DNA of 64,000 nt from Paraphysomonas bandaiensis (GCA_965644295.1 CBFFRP010000030.1:1-64000), one strand, 5' to 3'. Counted from the first letter of the stretch, positions 25,617 to 38,029 are shown. Numbers and translations are program-made. Notes: generated by a model from the sequence alone, not told the origin.

Positions 25617-26706
25617 ATGAGCACCAGTGTGATCAAAGTGAACACCCCAAGCGTGTTCACGCTTGTTTCGAACCTAATAACAGTTGAAGCGGCGCTGGAG
25701 ACCGTGGCTGAGAAGGAAGGAAACCAATCCTTCTTGGATCTAAAGGAAGAAATGGAAAAGACTCAGAGGAGCGATGCAGAATGAGGACATCCCTTTATGG
25801 AATGCCCTTGCCCAAAAGAACTCCGGCATTAATATCGATGAAATGCTTCTTCTGTTCAGACAGAAGAAGTATTTGGAGGCTGCCTCTGCAAAGCAAAACA
25901 AGAACAGAGTGATTCAAGATGATGATGAAGCGGTTGGTGATGAAGACTATGTAAATGAAGCGGTTGGTGATGTGAATGACGACGGGAATGTTGATGCTGC
26001 TTCAGTGGATCAAGATGATCGTGAAGATAAATCACCTGATTCTACTGCTCTGACAGAGCCCAGTGCTTCAAACCTTATGACAAAACGAGAAATAGAGAAA
26101 TGCCAATTGCTGAAGAACTTCCCACCTGATTACATGCATCAAACATATCTGGCATTTATAAAACTAGGTCCGCCGGCTGCACCATTTGATTCACCAGTCC
26201 TTCGTGGCGAATTAAGCTGTGGACCGAAGAAAAAGTTGGGCACTCTGTCCTCTGATAGTTTAATGATTAAGGCTTGCGATCTATCGAAGCCCGCGGATCG
26301 AAGCACGCCATTAAGCAGAGCAGATGCACGAAATCAGCACAGAATGGAAGAAGAATTCGCCATCGAAAAGAAGAGAACTAAAAAATTCTTGGTTGCGCAA
26401 CAGGAGAGTAACAAATTGGAATCCTACGTCATTGACTTGGAATGCTATCGTCAGAAAATCGAAGACTTTGAGAAGAAAATTGCATTGCATGAGGCCTTAG
26501 GAGACAAAGACTCAGCAAATCGTATTCGTTAAGAATTGTTGTCGTATTATGAAAACAACAGTATGCCATCCAAACCCACGCTTGTTGATCTCACTGCTGA
26601 AGATAATAGCGATGACGATGGTAACCCGCATCATCCAATGAAGAAGAAGCGTATTAACCCTTTCCAGACACCATCTCCTAAAGATGAAAGCCCGTCTAAT
26701 GTATGA
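25617..26706 (+). pseudogene. Harbinger second (accessory/DNA-binding partner) ORF, disrupted
   Basis: ATG 25617 frame stops soon after 25774; main ORF 25774-26532 is in another frame; reading continues past the TAA (ELLSYYENN...KDESPSNV*). Confidence 0.65.
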
Positions 26707-26957
26707 TCTTTTCGTTGTGTGCTTTACAGTTATTGCTATTAAGCTAACACTACTTATTAAACAAGCACAACTGTCTTTTTATTTCTTGCATACATTTATT
26801 CTTCTGCTACTAGCATATTACAGTCTCCAGTCTGCAGCTAAGTTCATTTTACAGTCTCTACAGTAGTCTCTAGGTAAGATTGCATACTTTCTTAGCTACA
26901 GTATGTGAGCTCACAATGGGTGGGATCTTAAATTTTAATTACTTAACATATAGCAAG

Positions 26958-27601
26958 CTATAACCAAATCAATTCACGCTTCCTTCTGGCAACAGAATGA
27001 TGAACAATAAGGTCACGACGTAGCTCATAGTGTGTAGTCTGCACTTCTTCTTCGATATGATCTGCAATAAAAGGACGCAACATAGTTCCTTCTGCGACAG
27101 GTGTATTACCATTTCTTGCGCGATTCATTGCTCTGGTTTCCATTACTCTGCGCTGAGTACCATCGTACAGGTCATCGTACTCGTCATCTGGGTTTGATTC
27201 ATTCCAGTCATACGCCTCTTCCCACCTCTTATCATATCCATCATAACTCAGCAATATGTTATGCAGAATGCAACTTGTAAAGAAGACATTATCAATTTGG
27301 TCTTTGCTATGAAGTTCAATTGCATTGCACAAAAGACGAAATCGCTTCTTCAAAATGCCGAATACATCTTCAACATCTTTACGCACAGACTCTAAATTGC
27401 AGCTCCAGCTTGCCGTCTTCTCGCAACTGGTATGTCTTACGGTTCCTGTTTTTAAATCTCCTCTCTCTCCGAAGTTTACTCTTGATCTTCTTCGTAGGAT
27501 GAAACCACTCCAGCATAATCTTACTGCAGCGTCGTCTCCTCTTCATACGTTCGAAAGCATTGAACAAACGTGTCATGTTATTCCTGTCTCCCACTGCTCA
27601 T
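26958..27601 (-). pseudogene. Harbinger DDE transposase, internally deleted
   Basis: C-terminal signature LESVRKDVEDVFGILKKRFRLL...FFTSCILHNILLSYDG is fused almost directly to a basic N-terminal piece; the DD-containing core is missing. Confidence 0.85.
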
Positions 27602-28218
27602 AATAATGACACTATATATGTCACATTAAATGACAACACTGCTTGATTTGAACATTTGAATTCAACCCAGGCTATACAGGTGTATACGTGGCCGTATATA
27701 CTATTTTGATGCGAGATGTCCTAAGGAATGGCACATCAAAAGTCAAAATCCACCGAAATCCACAAAAATATTGATTTCACATCAAAATAATTATTTTGAT
27801 TTTGACATGTCCTAAGGAACGGCCTCACATCTAACACACTCCTGCCAGTATACCAGCAACCGTATATACAAAATACATACTCTAATAATACGTAATTTAC
27901 ACAATTTTACATAGTTTCGACCGTTTAGAAAAACCCACCGATCTATGTAAAACTAAAGGCAGGATTTTTGGGAGTTGTGTAAAATAATTTACACGAGAAA
28001 AAATTATTCTCTATTGTAGTGTGTGTGAGTTTTTGGGTTTAGCGAAACTAGAAGAACTATGTAAAATGAATTACACAACCTAAACTAAAAAAATCGCCAG
28101 TTTTTGACTCCGAAAAGTGCCACAAACGGTTTGTTTTTGTGCGATCTTGCAGCTATGATCTTGCTGTTATGATGTTCATAAGATATATATATACTTTGAC
28201 ATTGGTCATCAAGACAAA

Positions 28219-29910
28219 GTGATGAATCGAGCCGCATTAGAACACGTTATTCAGGGTCAGGCAGAACGAAATGTCATGAAAGCAACACAGTCCCACTACT
28301 TATCCAAATTGCGAGTTATGACAGGACTGCTGAATGAAGCGGAGCCTGCAATTCGAAACGAAGCATTGGAAATTGTTGATGGGGATGTTAGAAAGCATAC
28401 GGGTGACGCCAAGCATATATATGTCCTGAAACTTCCAATGTCTGCAGACACCGCAAAACTTTTGTTCGCATACATCTCAATCAACAGGCACCTAGCGAAA
28501 TCAAGTCGGCGAAAGAAGAAGCGAAGTTCATTCGAGATCAATCAAGAGAATGCATGCACTACTAGCGCTCCTTCAACTGGCGATAGTATAATGAATGAAA
28601 GAGATCTTAATCCCGGACAAAATGTTGTTACTGTAAGCGCACAAACGTATCAAAATTATAAGAGTGCTCTGCGTTGGTGGCACGAATATGATAGTCCGAA
28701 TATGAGTAAAGTTGGTCATGTTTGGCCAGTAGAGGTTGACAGAGCTATATGTGCGGCTATTGCTACATATAAGAGGGATATAGGGCTGAAGAAAAGAAAC
28801 GGAATTATGAAAGTTCGAGACGGCAAACTTCCCTATAACCTATACGGATACAAAACCATTTGTGCCCATTTCATGAGCAAGATTCCAACTGCCAGAAGCC
28901 AGTCTTGGCATGAAGGGTTATTTGCCTCCCTATTCACTAAGTTGTCAGTGAATACAATTGGTCGTTCCGATAATATTGACGACATCTTAACATGCAACAT
29001 GGATTGGATAAACGATGCCCTAACTATTGTTTTTGGCACTACTAAAGTGGACCAAACTGGCACCAAAACTACAGATATGAAACGTTTATACGCAAATCCA
29101 TTTATGCCAGAAGTTTGTGTTATTCTAGACTTAGCTGTTTATGTGTGGTGTAAGCACTGTACAAGTACGGAAGATGCTGAATATGTATTTGATGGGGCTG
29201 ACCAAGAGAAAAGATACTACAATCTATTAGTTCAAGCAGTGGAAAAGGACATCGACTCCTCGTTGGATCTTGGTTGTGCTCGGGAAGATATCGGCACTCA
29301 CAGTAACCGGAAATTTGCCGAGTCGACATCAGTTTCGAGGATTGATGGCCCTAGTAGAACGCAAGTGTGTCTTCGAGCAGGGCAAGGTGTAGGCAGAACA
29401 CAGGACTGCTACATGTTCTCCGAAGATGATGGTGATGCGCTAGTGGGGCGAACGGTAGCTCAACTAAAACTTAACGCTGACGAATTTGATGTACTTCCAC
29501 CACATTGGTGCAATGCTGCTGTTATTCAGTTAAATGAGTATGGATGGGGCAACATCTTACCTAGCTATAACTACTACTGTGAGGGATTCCAAAGAATTAT
29601 TAGAATGCTGTTTGCTAGTCTTGTTTATCATCATCATGAAGGAAACATTAAACGGCTATACCATCCCCGACATCCAATTCACTGCCAGCCAATATTCACA
29701 GACCCTACACTTCTAAACTCGTTGAAGGATAAAGTACTTTTGTGTCACCAGTACTGCACTGATACAGGAATGAGCGCTGAAGGTGTACCTGGTATTATCT
29801 TGATATCAAGAGAGATAAGAAACTTCAAGGCGGAAGTAGATAAAGATAAATCATCAGTGTTGCAGCGCGGCCTAATGATCTTAATATCAATACTTTGGCT
29901 AACAGATTAG
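28219..29910 (+). CDS. Crypton tyrosine recombinase, copy 2
   Basis: 563-aa translation identical to 22660-24351. Confidence 0.88.
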   Translation: MMNRAALEHVIQGQAERNVMKATQSHYLSKLRVMTGLLNEAEPAIRNEALEIVDGDVRKHTGDAKHIYVLKLPMSADTAKLLFAYISINRHLAKSSRRKKKRSSFEINQENACTTSAPSTGDSIMNERDLNPGQNVVTVSAQTYQNYKSALRWWHEYDSPNMSKVGHVWPVEVDRAICAAIATYKRDIGLKKRNGIMKVRDGKLPYNLYGYKTICAHFMSKIPTARSQSWHEGLFASLFTKLSVNTIGRSDNIDDILTCNMDWINDALTIVFGTTKVDQTGTKTTDMKRLYANPFMPEVCVILDLAVYVWCKHCTSTEDAEYVFDGADQEKRYYNLLVQAVEKDIDSSLDLGCAREDIGTHSNRKFAESTSVSRIDGPSRTQVCLRAGQGVGRTQDCYMFSEDDGDALVGRTVAQLKLNADEFDVLPPHWCNAAVIQLNEYGWGNILPSYNYYCEGFQRIIRMLFASLVYHHHEGNIKRLYHPRHPIHCQPIFTDPTLLNSLKDKVLLCHQYCTDTGMSAEGVPGIILISREIRNFKAEVDKDKSSVLQRGLMILISILWLTD

Positions 29911-31175
29911 GAAAATTAAATCGTTGGTAGCTGTATTCGGAAGTGATATATATTATAAGTAAAGAATAAGGTTTTTAGTATTCGCTGTCTTATGACATTA
30001 ATACCGGAAGTATTTAAATATAATAACAACTGATATATACATACTGTCAGTGTGATTCGTGTAATCGATATTATATATATACATACTGTCTGTGTGATTT
30101 GTGCAACAATCGATATACAGTTGTGCATTGTCAGTTGTACGGTATGCATTACCGCCAGTACGTAATATACATAATACTCATCAAGAAGGATAATTTCCAG
30201 AGAAGTCGCAGCAGTTTTGTTTGTCAGAAGTTTATTATCATGAGGTGACGTGTAATCTTGTTTATCCACAATACCTGGCGAGTCGCTGGAAGTATAGTTC
30301 TGGATGGGGCACCACCGTTGGCCAGAGTTGGTTACCTGCGCATTACACCCTAAGAGCATTACTCTCAATCCAGAACACTTACACAGCAGTCACTCTGCGG
30401 TATGTGGCATATAAGAAGTACCGATCTTACACCGAGACAACTTCTGGAGCACGATGCTGATACAGAGGTGTATATATAGGAAATAATTTACCCAAAATAT
30501 TTTTTCTATTAATTGCATGCATTGATAATACTAATATGAACGCTGTCCCCCATTGATGGATATTGAAGATGCTAACGGTCACATTACTTGAATCCTTGAA
30601 TTATCGGGAGAACTTCACAGGATGCACACTGAGCATACCTTCTGCAAAATAACGACTCAAGCAGTATTTTATCCTCTTGTAAGGGTCCTCTTCCACTTCA
30701 CTGTCTCTTCTTAAGGCAATAACCACACACATGAAGCAGTTGTCTCAAGCGGTTAAAAGTCATCGTACTGGTCTTGCACAGCATGAAGCTTGCGGTACAG
30801 TGAAGTCAAGTCAGTCCATTAACGACTCCATCAATCGTCCTTTGTTTTAATCTGCAGGTTGGGTCATAATTTCACCCCACAATAGACTGTCTGTGTGTCT
30901 ATTTATGGTCACATGACCCTCAGGCCGTTCCTTAGGACATGTCAAAATCAAAAAAATGGTATTATTTTGACAGTGGGGTGCGTTTTGCCATTCCTTAGGA
31001 CAGTCAAAAATCAAAATAATGGCAAAATATTATTTTGACACCCGGCTCGCATCAAAATAATGGTCACTATTTTGACGCCAGAGAAGGAATGTCAAAATAG
31101 TTGACCTCGCGTCAAAATAGTTGATAAGGCCATTATAACCACAATAAGTCATCTTTTAGACAGAAGTAACACACG

Positions 31176-32265
31176 ATGAGCACCAGTGTGATCAAAGTGA
31201 ACACCCCAAGCGTGTTCACGCTTGTTTCGAACCTAATAACAGTTGAAGCGGCGCTGGAGACCGTGGCTGAGAAGGAAGGAAACCAATCCTTCTTGGATCT
31301 AAAGGAAGAAATGGAAAAGACTCAGAGGAGCGATGCAGAATGAGGACATCCCTTTATGGAATGCCCTTGCCCAAAAGAACTCCGGCATTAATATCGATGA
31401 AATGCTTCTTCTGTTCAGACAGAAGAAGTATTTGGAGGCTGCCTCTGCAAAGCAAAACAAGAACAGAGTGATTCAAGATGATGATGAAGCGGTTGGTGAT
31501 GAAGACTATGTAAATGAAGCGGTTGGTGATGTGAATGACGACGGGAATGTTGATGCTGCTTCAGTGGATCAAGATGATCGTGAAGATAAATCACCTGATT
31601 CTACTGCTCTGACAGAGCCCAGTGCTTCAAACCTTATGACAAAACGAGAAATAGAGAAATGCCAATTGCTGAAGAACTTCCCACCTGATTACATGCATCA
31701 AACATATCTGGCATTTATAAAACTAGGTCCGCCGGCTGCACCATTTGATTCACCAGTCCTTCGTGGCGAATTAAGCTGTGGACCGAAGAAAAAGTTGGGC
31801 ACTCTGTCCTCTGATAGTTTAATGATTAAGGCTTGCGATCTATCGAAGCCCGCGGATCGAAGCACGCCATTAAGCAGAGCAGATGCACGAAATCAGCACA
31901 GAATGGAAGAAGAATTCGCCATCGAAAAGAAGAGAACTAAAAAATTCTTGGTTGCGCAACAGGAGAGTAACAAATTGGAATCCTACGTCATTGACTTGGA
32001 ATGCTATCGTCAGAAAATCGAAGACTTTGAGAAGAAAATTGCATTGCATGAGGCCTTAGGAGACAAAGACTCAGCAAATCGTATTCGTTAAGAATTGTTG
32101 TCGTATTATGAAAACAACAGTATGCCATCCAAACCCACGCTTGTTGATCTCACTGCTGAAGATAATAGCGATGACGATGGTAACCCGCATCATCCAATGA
32201 AGAAGAAGCGTATTAACCCTTTCCAGACACCATCTCCTAAAGATGAAAGCCCGTCTAATGTATGA
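31176..32265 (+). pseudogene. Harbinger accessory ORF, copy 2
   Basis: Identical to 25617-26706, including the lesions. Confidence 0.65.
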
Positions 32266-32516
32266 TCTTTTCGTTGTGTGCTTTACAGTTATTGCTATTA
32301 AGCTAACACTACTTATTAAACAAGCACAACTGTCTTTTTATTTCTTGCATACATTTATTCTTCTGCTACTAGCATATTACAGTCTCCAGTCTGCAGCTAA
32401 GTTCATTTTACAGTCTCTACAGTAGTCTCTAGGTAAGATTGCATACTTTCTTAGCTACAGTATGTGAGCTCACAATGGGTGGGATCTTAAATTTTAATTA
32501 CTTAACATATAGCAAG

Positions 32517-33160
32517 CTATAACCAAATCAATTCACGCTTCCTTCTGGCAACAGAATGATGAACAATAAGGTCACGACGTAGCTCATAGTGTGTAGTCTG
32601 CACTTCTTCTTCGATATGATCTGCAATAAAAGGACGCAACATAGTTCCTTCTGCGACAGGTGTATTACCATTTCTTGCGCGATTCATTGCTCTGGTTTCC
32701 ATTACTCTGCGCTGAGTACCATCGTACAGGTCATCGTACTCGTCATCTGGGTTTGATTCATTCCAGTCATACGCCTCTTCCCACCTCTTATCATATCCAT
32801 CATAACTCAGCAATATGTTATGCAGAATGCAACTTGTAAAGAAGACATTATCAATTTGGTCTTTGCTATGAAGTTCAATTGCATTGCACAAAAGACGAAA
32901 TCGCTTCTTCAAAATGCCGAATACATCTTCAACATCTTTACGCACAGACTCTAAATTGCAGCTCCAGCTTGCCGTCTTCTCGCAACTGGTATGTCTTACG
33001 GTTCCTGTTTTTAAATCTCCTCTCTCTCCGAAGTTTACTCTTGATCTTCTTCGTAGGATGAAACCACTCCAGCATAATCTTACTGCAGCGTCGTCTCCTC
33101 TTCATACGTTCGAAAGCATTGAACAAACGTGTCATGTTATTCCTGTCTCCCACTGCTCAT
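32517..33160 (-). pseudogene. Harbinger transposase remnant, copy 2
   Basis: Identical to 26958-27601. Confidence 0.85.
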
Positions 33161-33719
33161 AATAATGACACTATATATGTCACATTAAATGACAACACTG
33201 CTTGATTTGAACATTTGAATTCAACCCAGGCTATACAGGTGTATACGTGGCCGTATATACTATTTTGATGCGAGATGTCCTAAGGAATGGCACATCAAAA
33301 GTCAAAATCCACCGAAATCCACAAAAATATTGATTTCACATCAAAATAATTATTTTGATTTTGACATGTCCTAAGGAACGGCCTCACATCTAACACACTC
33401 CTGCCAGTATACCAGCAACCGTATATACAAAATACATACTCTAATAATACGTAATTTACACAATTTTACATAGTTTCGACCGTTTAGAAAAATTCACACT
33501 CTATAAACTACAATGATGCTGCTCCTCCTGTCGAAACACAAGAGGTGATGTGCTGCTCTTGCTGTCACAATGGTTGGTGTGTTGTATGGTAGAGTGCCAT
33601 CAATTGGTTGGTGGAATAAAATCACTTCGACTTTTTCTCGTGCAGTTAATGTATGAGGTCCTCCAAGTGACTAACAAACTGGTGATCAGCAACAGTAAAC
33701 TACCTCCTGCATTGCAAAT

Positions 33720-35756
33720 ATGTCGAGCACAAGCTTTAATGTGCTCTTTGAGTCCTCGGCTGGCTATGCTTTGTTTTCTGTGCTGGAGAGTGAGGAGATA
33801 GGAAGTCTTGTTAGCGAGGTAGGCAGGGTGTACGTGCAGTGCGTGTATATGGATAACCTGATCGTTGGATCGATTAATTCATTTTCTACATGTAATATGC
33901 AATGCAGGTGCAGGCTGGTATGACTGACTTGGCTCGCTTTCAGCGAATTGTCAAGATGACTGCATTCACACCCTTCTTGACCGCTGAAAATGCTCTGGAG
34001 AATATTAATGCGATCTCGGAGCACGAGATATCAGATGAACTCAGAGTAAGTGCTTTGTAACCGTACAACTGTTTTCATCATCATCGACTCTTTTATTCAG
34101 TCTTTCCTTGAATCTAACCTTCCTAAAGGCAAGAAAGCTACCAAGCATCCTCTTGGAGTGGTATGTTGCATACCTCCTTAGACTATATGCCCTGATTTTA
34201 TGTATATACGACTTTAGATCGAGCCTGTGTTGGCACAGGCCATCCAGGAGAACCTTGACATTTCTTGTCGCTCGGATGAGACAGTTCGTGAACTGATTCG
34301 TGGATTGCGTATGCATTTCACAAAATTTGTTAAGCCTCTAGCAGGAGGCAACCTGGAGCAATCACAATTAGGTTTGGGTCATTCATACTCGCGCTCAAAG
34401 GTACTGTATGCATGGCACAATGGTTGCTGTATGATATACGCAAGACACAATCCATGTGATAACACTAGTATCTCGCAATATTTACTGTGCAATATATGTA
34501 GGTGAAATTCAACCCTGGTCGGGCTGACAACATGATTATTCAGTCAATCGCCCTTTTGGATCAGCTGGATAAAGATCTCAATACTTTTGCAATGAGAGTT
34601 CGGGAGTGGTATGGTTGGCACTTTCCTGAGCTCAAGAGTATTGTCAGCGACAACTATCTCTATGCTCGGTGCGCAGCCTTTATCCAGGTTGGTATATGAT
34701 AATAATCTGCTCATTAGTTGAAGTTGTAACCAACGATTTGAATGCACTATAGGATAAGTCAACGCTTTCAGACGACAAAATCCCTGGTCTCGAGGCTATT
34801 CTGGGAGAGGAAGCTGACGCAAAGGCCATTGTGAAAGCAGCCAAGGCCTCGATGGGCATGGATACGTCCGAGCAAGATATGGCTAATATCCTTGTTTTCA
34901 CTGAACGCATGGTTGCACTTGCTCAGTACCGCAAGGAGCTCTATGCCTACCTTGAAGAGAAGATGTCAACCGTGGCACCAAACCTTTCGGCACTTATCGG
35001 GGAGACTGTTGCAGCGAGACTGATTCAAAAGGCTGGCTCCCTAACTTCGCTTGCGAAGTGCCCCGCTTCCACTGTGCAGATTCTAGGAGCAGAGAAAGCT
35101 CTTTTCCGGTACGTGTTCGTTTCGTGCTATTATCTATGTGAGAAGCTTATTTATAAAACACGTAGTGCCCTCAAGACGAAAGGTAACACCCCGAAGTACG
35201 GCATCATCTACCACTCGTCATTCATCGGTCGAGCATCTGCTAAGAACAAAGGACGTATATCACGTTACCTTGCAAATAAATGCTCCATTGCTTCCCGTGT
35301 AGATTCATTTATTGATGAGCCCACCAGTGCCTATGGCAATCAGCTACGCGAGCAGGTCGAAGAAAGGCTTAACTTCTATGACACTGGAGCAGCACCTCGC
35401 AAGAATGTAGATGTCATGACTGCGGTCTCTCAGAAACTCCGCCAACTCTCAGAAGGTGCGGGGTCAGATGACAAGAAGAAGTCGAAGAAGAAGAGGAAGG
35501 CGGATGAAATCGAAGACGAAGTACCGACTGTTGAAGCTGAGTCCAAGGAGAAGAAGAAAAAAAAGAAGACTAAGGAGGCTGCTGAGGTTGCAGTAGTGAG
35601 TGAAGAACCGAAAAAGAAAAAGAAGAAGGCTTCCCCTGAAGTTGAGGCTGTGGTTGCTGTTGAAGAATCTGCGAAGAAAAAGAAAAAGAAGAAGGTGTGC
35701 ATCTGTGTGACATGTCACTTCATCTTAACATATATTTTCAGGATAAAAGCGCTTAA
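33720..35756 (+). CDS. NOP56: Nucleolar protein 56 (box C/D snoRNP), multi-exon
   Basis: [38 protein letters not shown]|[44 protein letters not shown], Nop domain [46 protein letters not shown] tail. Last micro-exon 35742-35756. Confidence 0.95.
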
Positions 35757-36057
35757 GCTTACGCTATCCAACTCCCATTGGAATATAGCAAATTTAATCT
35801 AGCGAACTCACATGTCTTGTGTGTGAACTCTTGTTCGATCATGACAATGAAACACGTAGTTTACAGTTGTAGTCAGTTTGTGGTAAATGTGTTTCTGGAA
35901 AGATAAAGCTCTAGAATTAAGGAATACAAGCCAACATAACTGAATAATATATAGTACCCTTTTCCGTTCATATTTCCTACCGTAGCTTATTGAATTCTAT
36001 ATTCTAGCACTGGGACATTACCTGGTTTGACTTAAGCGCCACGCACAATGTGATGAG

Positions 36058-37076
36058 CAGGGAATGGGAACAATATATTATATATTGTATTTTACTTGTA
36101 CAATATATTGATTGGTGGACTGGTCAAATATTCCATCAATGTTGTTTCTGTAAAAGTAGCTCACATATATTGCAATCAATATTATGATAGCCATATACAG
36201 AAAGATTCTATTAGGATTCAGCTTAATACATGATTGTATCTGTGAGTTATAATGTTCAATGAAATACACCATGAACTGAATTAGAGAGAGTATCTGTCGA
36301 AGATACGTGATCGTCATCATAACGTCGTCATTATCAGTTACACTTCTAACTATTCCGTTGTGCATGATAGTACGTTCTATATTGTTATTCATAATTTTCA
36401 ATCTATCGCGTTCATTACTTACACTCTAATAATCACAACATTGTTTTACTATTATAAAGATCAATTCTTTATTGATTCTTAACTGCAGGGTAAAAAATAT
36501 AAGTCCATGTATATAAATCTCCGTTCAGACAGTGATTATTGCAACAATACTGAGGATGATGAAGCTGAATTTGGATATGCGGAGAAACTTCTTCAATCAG
36601 CTCTAAAATTTAAGCAACGAAATGTTGAAATATCTAAGTATAGGTGCACGAGTCATGTAGTATGTACTTCCAATACATGTGAACGCCTGTTCAGCGCAGC
36701 AAAACTGATTATATCAGTGTTGCGTAAAAGTATGCATCCTACTACACTTAATATACTGTTGTTTCTGAAAGCTAACCGACAGTTGTGGCCGGATGCAAGC
36801 ATATTTCAATCGGATGAATATGGTGATGATGATGTCACCGATGATGGCTCAGAGGAAACTTTTAATCACTTAAGAGTAGTGGGTCTGATTATCAAGTGAC
36901 CTTAGACGTTATAATGACAAGTACTAGAAACTACGGATGTGTTTACTTACTGATTAGTCATACTAATATATTATGGCAATATATTGTACAATATATTGAA
37001 ATATATTGCAATAGTATTGTAGGGCCGGTTTAAAAACTCCATCAATAGTATTGCAATATATTTTTCCCTATCTCTG
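36058..37076 (+). mobile_element. Non-autonomous hAT element with transposase C-terminal remnant
   Basis: 8-bp TSD GTGATGAG (36050-36057, 37077-37084), imperfect TIRs CAGGGAATGGGAACAATATAT / ATATATTTTTCCCTATCTCTG. ORF 36507-36899 has TSNTCERLFSAAKLII..RKSMHPTTLNILLFLKANRQLW (hAT dimerisation domain). Confidence 0.88.
36209..36473 (+). mobile_element. Probable solo LTR (TATTAGGA family) nested in the hAT element
   Basis: Begins TATTAGGATTCAGCTTAATACA like the PPT-adjacent copy at 1632. Flanked by candidate 5-bp TSD GATTC (36204-36208, 36474-36478). Right terminus is degenerate. Confidence 0.55.
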
Positions 37077-37384
37077 GTGATGAGTAGTTATTCTAGTATG
37101 TCTTAGAAAATATACTTGATTAATCATAATCACATAGCCCGTCTACTATTATAACATCGAACAATTATGATATCTACCTGCAACGAAGAACACTATTCAT
37201 GTTCAATATTAGAATTCGTACTGTTTCTGTCAAGCTATTCATCAAATTGATAGCTCCATCCTCCGGAGCAGTGGAAAAATATAGTGCTATATTGCTATAT
37301 TGTATCAAATAACAACCTATTTAGATTTTAGCTCCATTGTAATTGTTTAAATGTCATATATTGAGCATATACGATGCTGGTTAA

Positions 37385-38029
37385 TTGAAATGACTTACTA
37401 GTCCTCACCACATCTGTTATAGCCATAAAGACATATAGCTTCATGTCATATAATCTCAAATCTCAATACGTAGCTATTAGCAATTGGCCACTACACGAAG
37501 TGTATTTGACTCCACCAGGCTCAATTTGCGGCTCTAGCCATTCAAAGACATGCGGAGTCCCAGTCTACCCTTCGCCTATGTATCTCAGGTTTGGAACACT
37601 GATACAGAATCCTCCACAATGTCCTGCGGTTCCCTACCCCAAGGGCGTCCCCCTGACTAATCCCTTCTGTATCTCAATGACTCACGCCGATAGAGAGCTT
37701 CTCCCTCACATACAAGAACGGAAGTGGTCGCACCTTGGTGCTTGCGGCGACGCACAAGCAGCTTCTGTAGCGCTGTAGCGTTGCATATTTCATAGTAGGA
37801 TATGAGGATTTGTGCTAGTTAGTTACAGGTATAAGCTGATCTAGCTTGACTAGTCTTCATCTAACTACTTATCTAGTGTTGGTTCTTGACGCCTACTACT
37901 AGTAATAAGATATTCAATTATATTGAAAAGACTTACTAGCCCTCACCACATCTGTTACAGGTTACAGCTATAAAGACATATAGCTTCATGTCATATAATC
38001 TCAAATCTCAATACGTTGCTACTAGCAAT
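37385..38029 (+). repeat. Pair of about 100-bp imperfect direct repeats (37385-37484, 37923-38029)
   Basis: GACTTACTAG.CCTCACCACATCTGTTA...ATAAAGACATATAGCTTCATGTCATATAATCTCAAATCTCAATACGT.GCTA.TAGCAAT occurs twice. Confidence 0.85.

Larger units (their letters stand above)
25364..27824. mobile_element. Non-autonomous PIF/Harbinger DNA transposon nested in the Crypton, copy 1
   Basis: 31-bp perfect TIR GGCCGTTCCTTAGGACATGTCAAAATCAAAA, 3-bp TSD TCA (25361-25363, 27825-27827), sub-terminal TCAAAATA repeats, two convergent genes. Confidence 0.92.
22370..27933 (+). mobile_element. Crypton-like tyrosine-recombinase transposon, unit 1 of tandem dimer
   Basis: Bounded by AAAAA direct repeats (22370-22374, 27929-27933). 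Encodes a YR. Sub-terminal inverted CTATGTAAAA/TTTTACATAG. Repeated at +5559. Confidence 0.85.
30923..33383. mobile_element. Non-autonomous PIF/Harbinger, copy 2
   Basis: Same TIRs and TCA TSD (30920-30922, 33384-33386). Confidence 0.92.
27929..33492 (+). mobile_element. Crypton-like tyrosine-recombinase transposon, unit 2 of tandem dimer
   Basis: Appears identical to unit 1 (all ORFs identical at +5559). Ends with GTTTAG-AAAAA (33488-33492), then unique sequence. Confidence 0.85.

Noticed and set aside
25774-26532. Possible Fanzor/TnpB cargo in the DNA transposons
   Set aside because: No RuvC (D-E-D) or zinc-ribbon motifs seen in this or any other ORF of the window.
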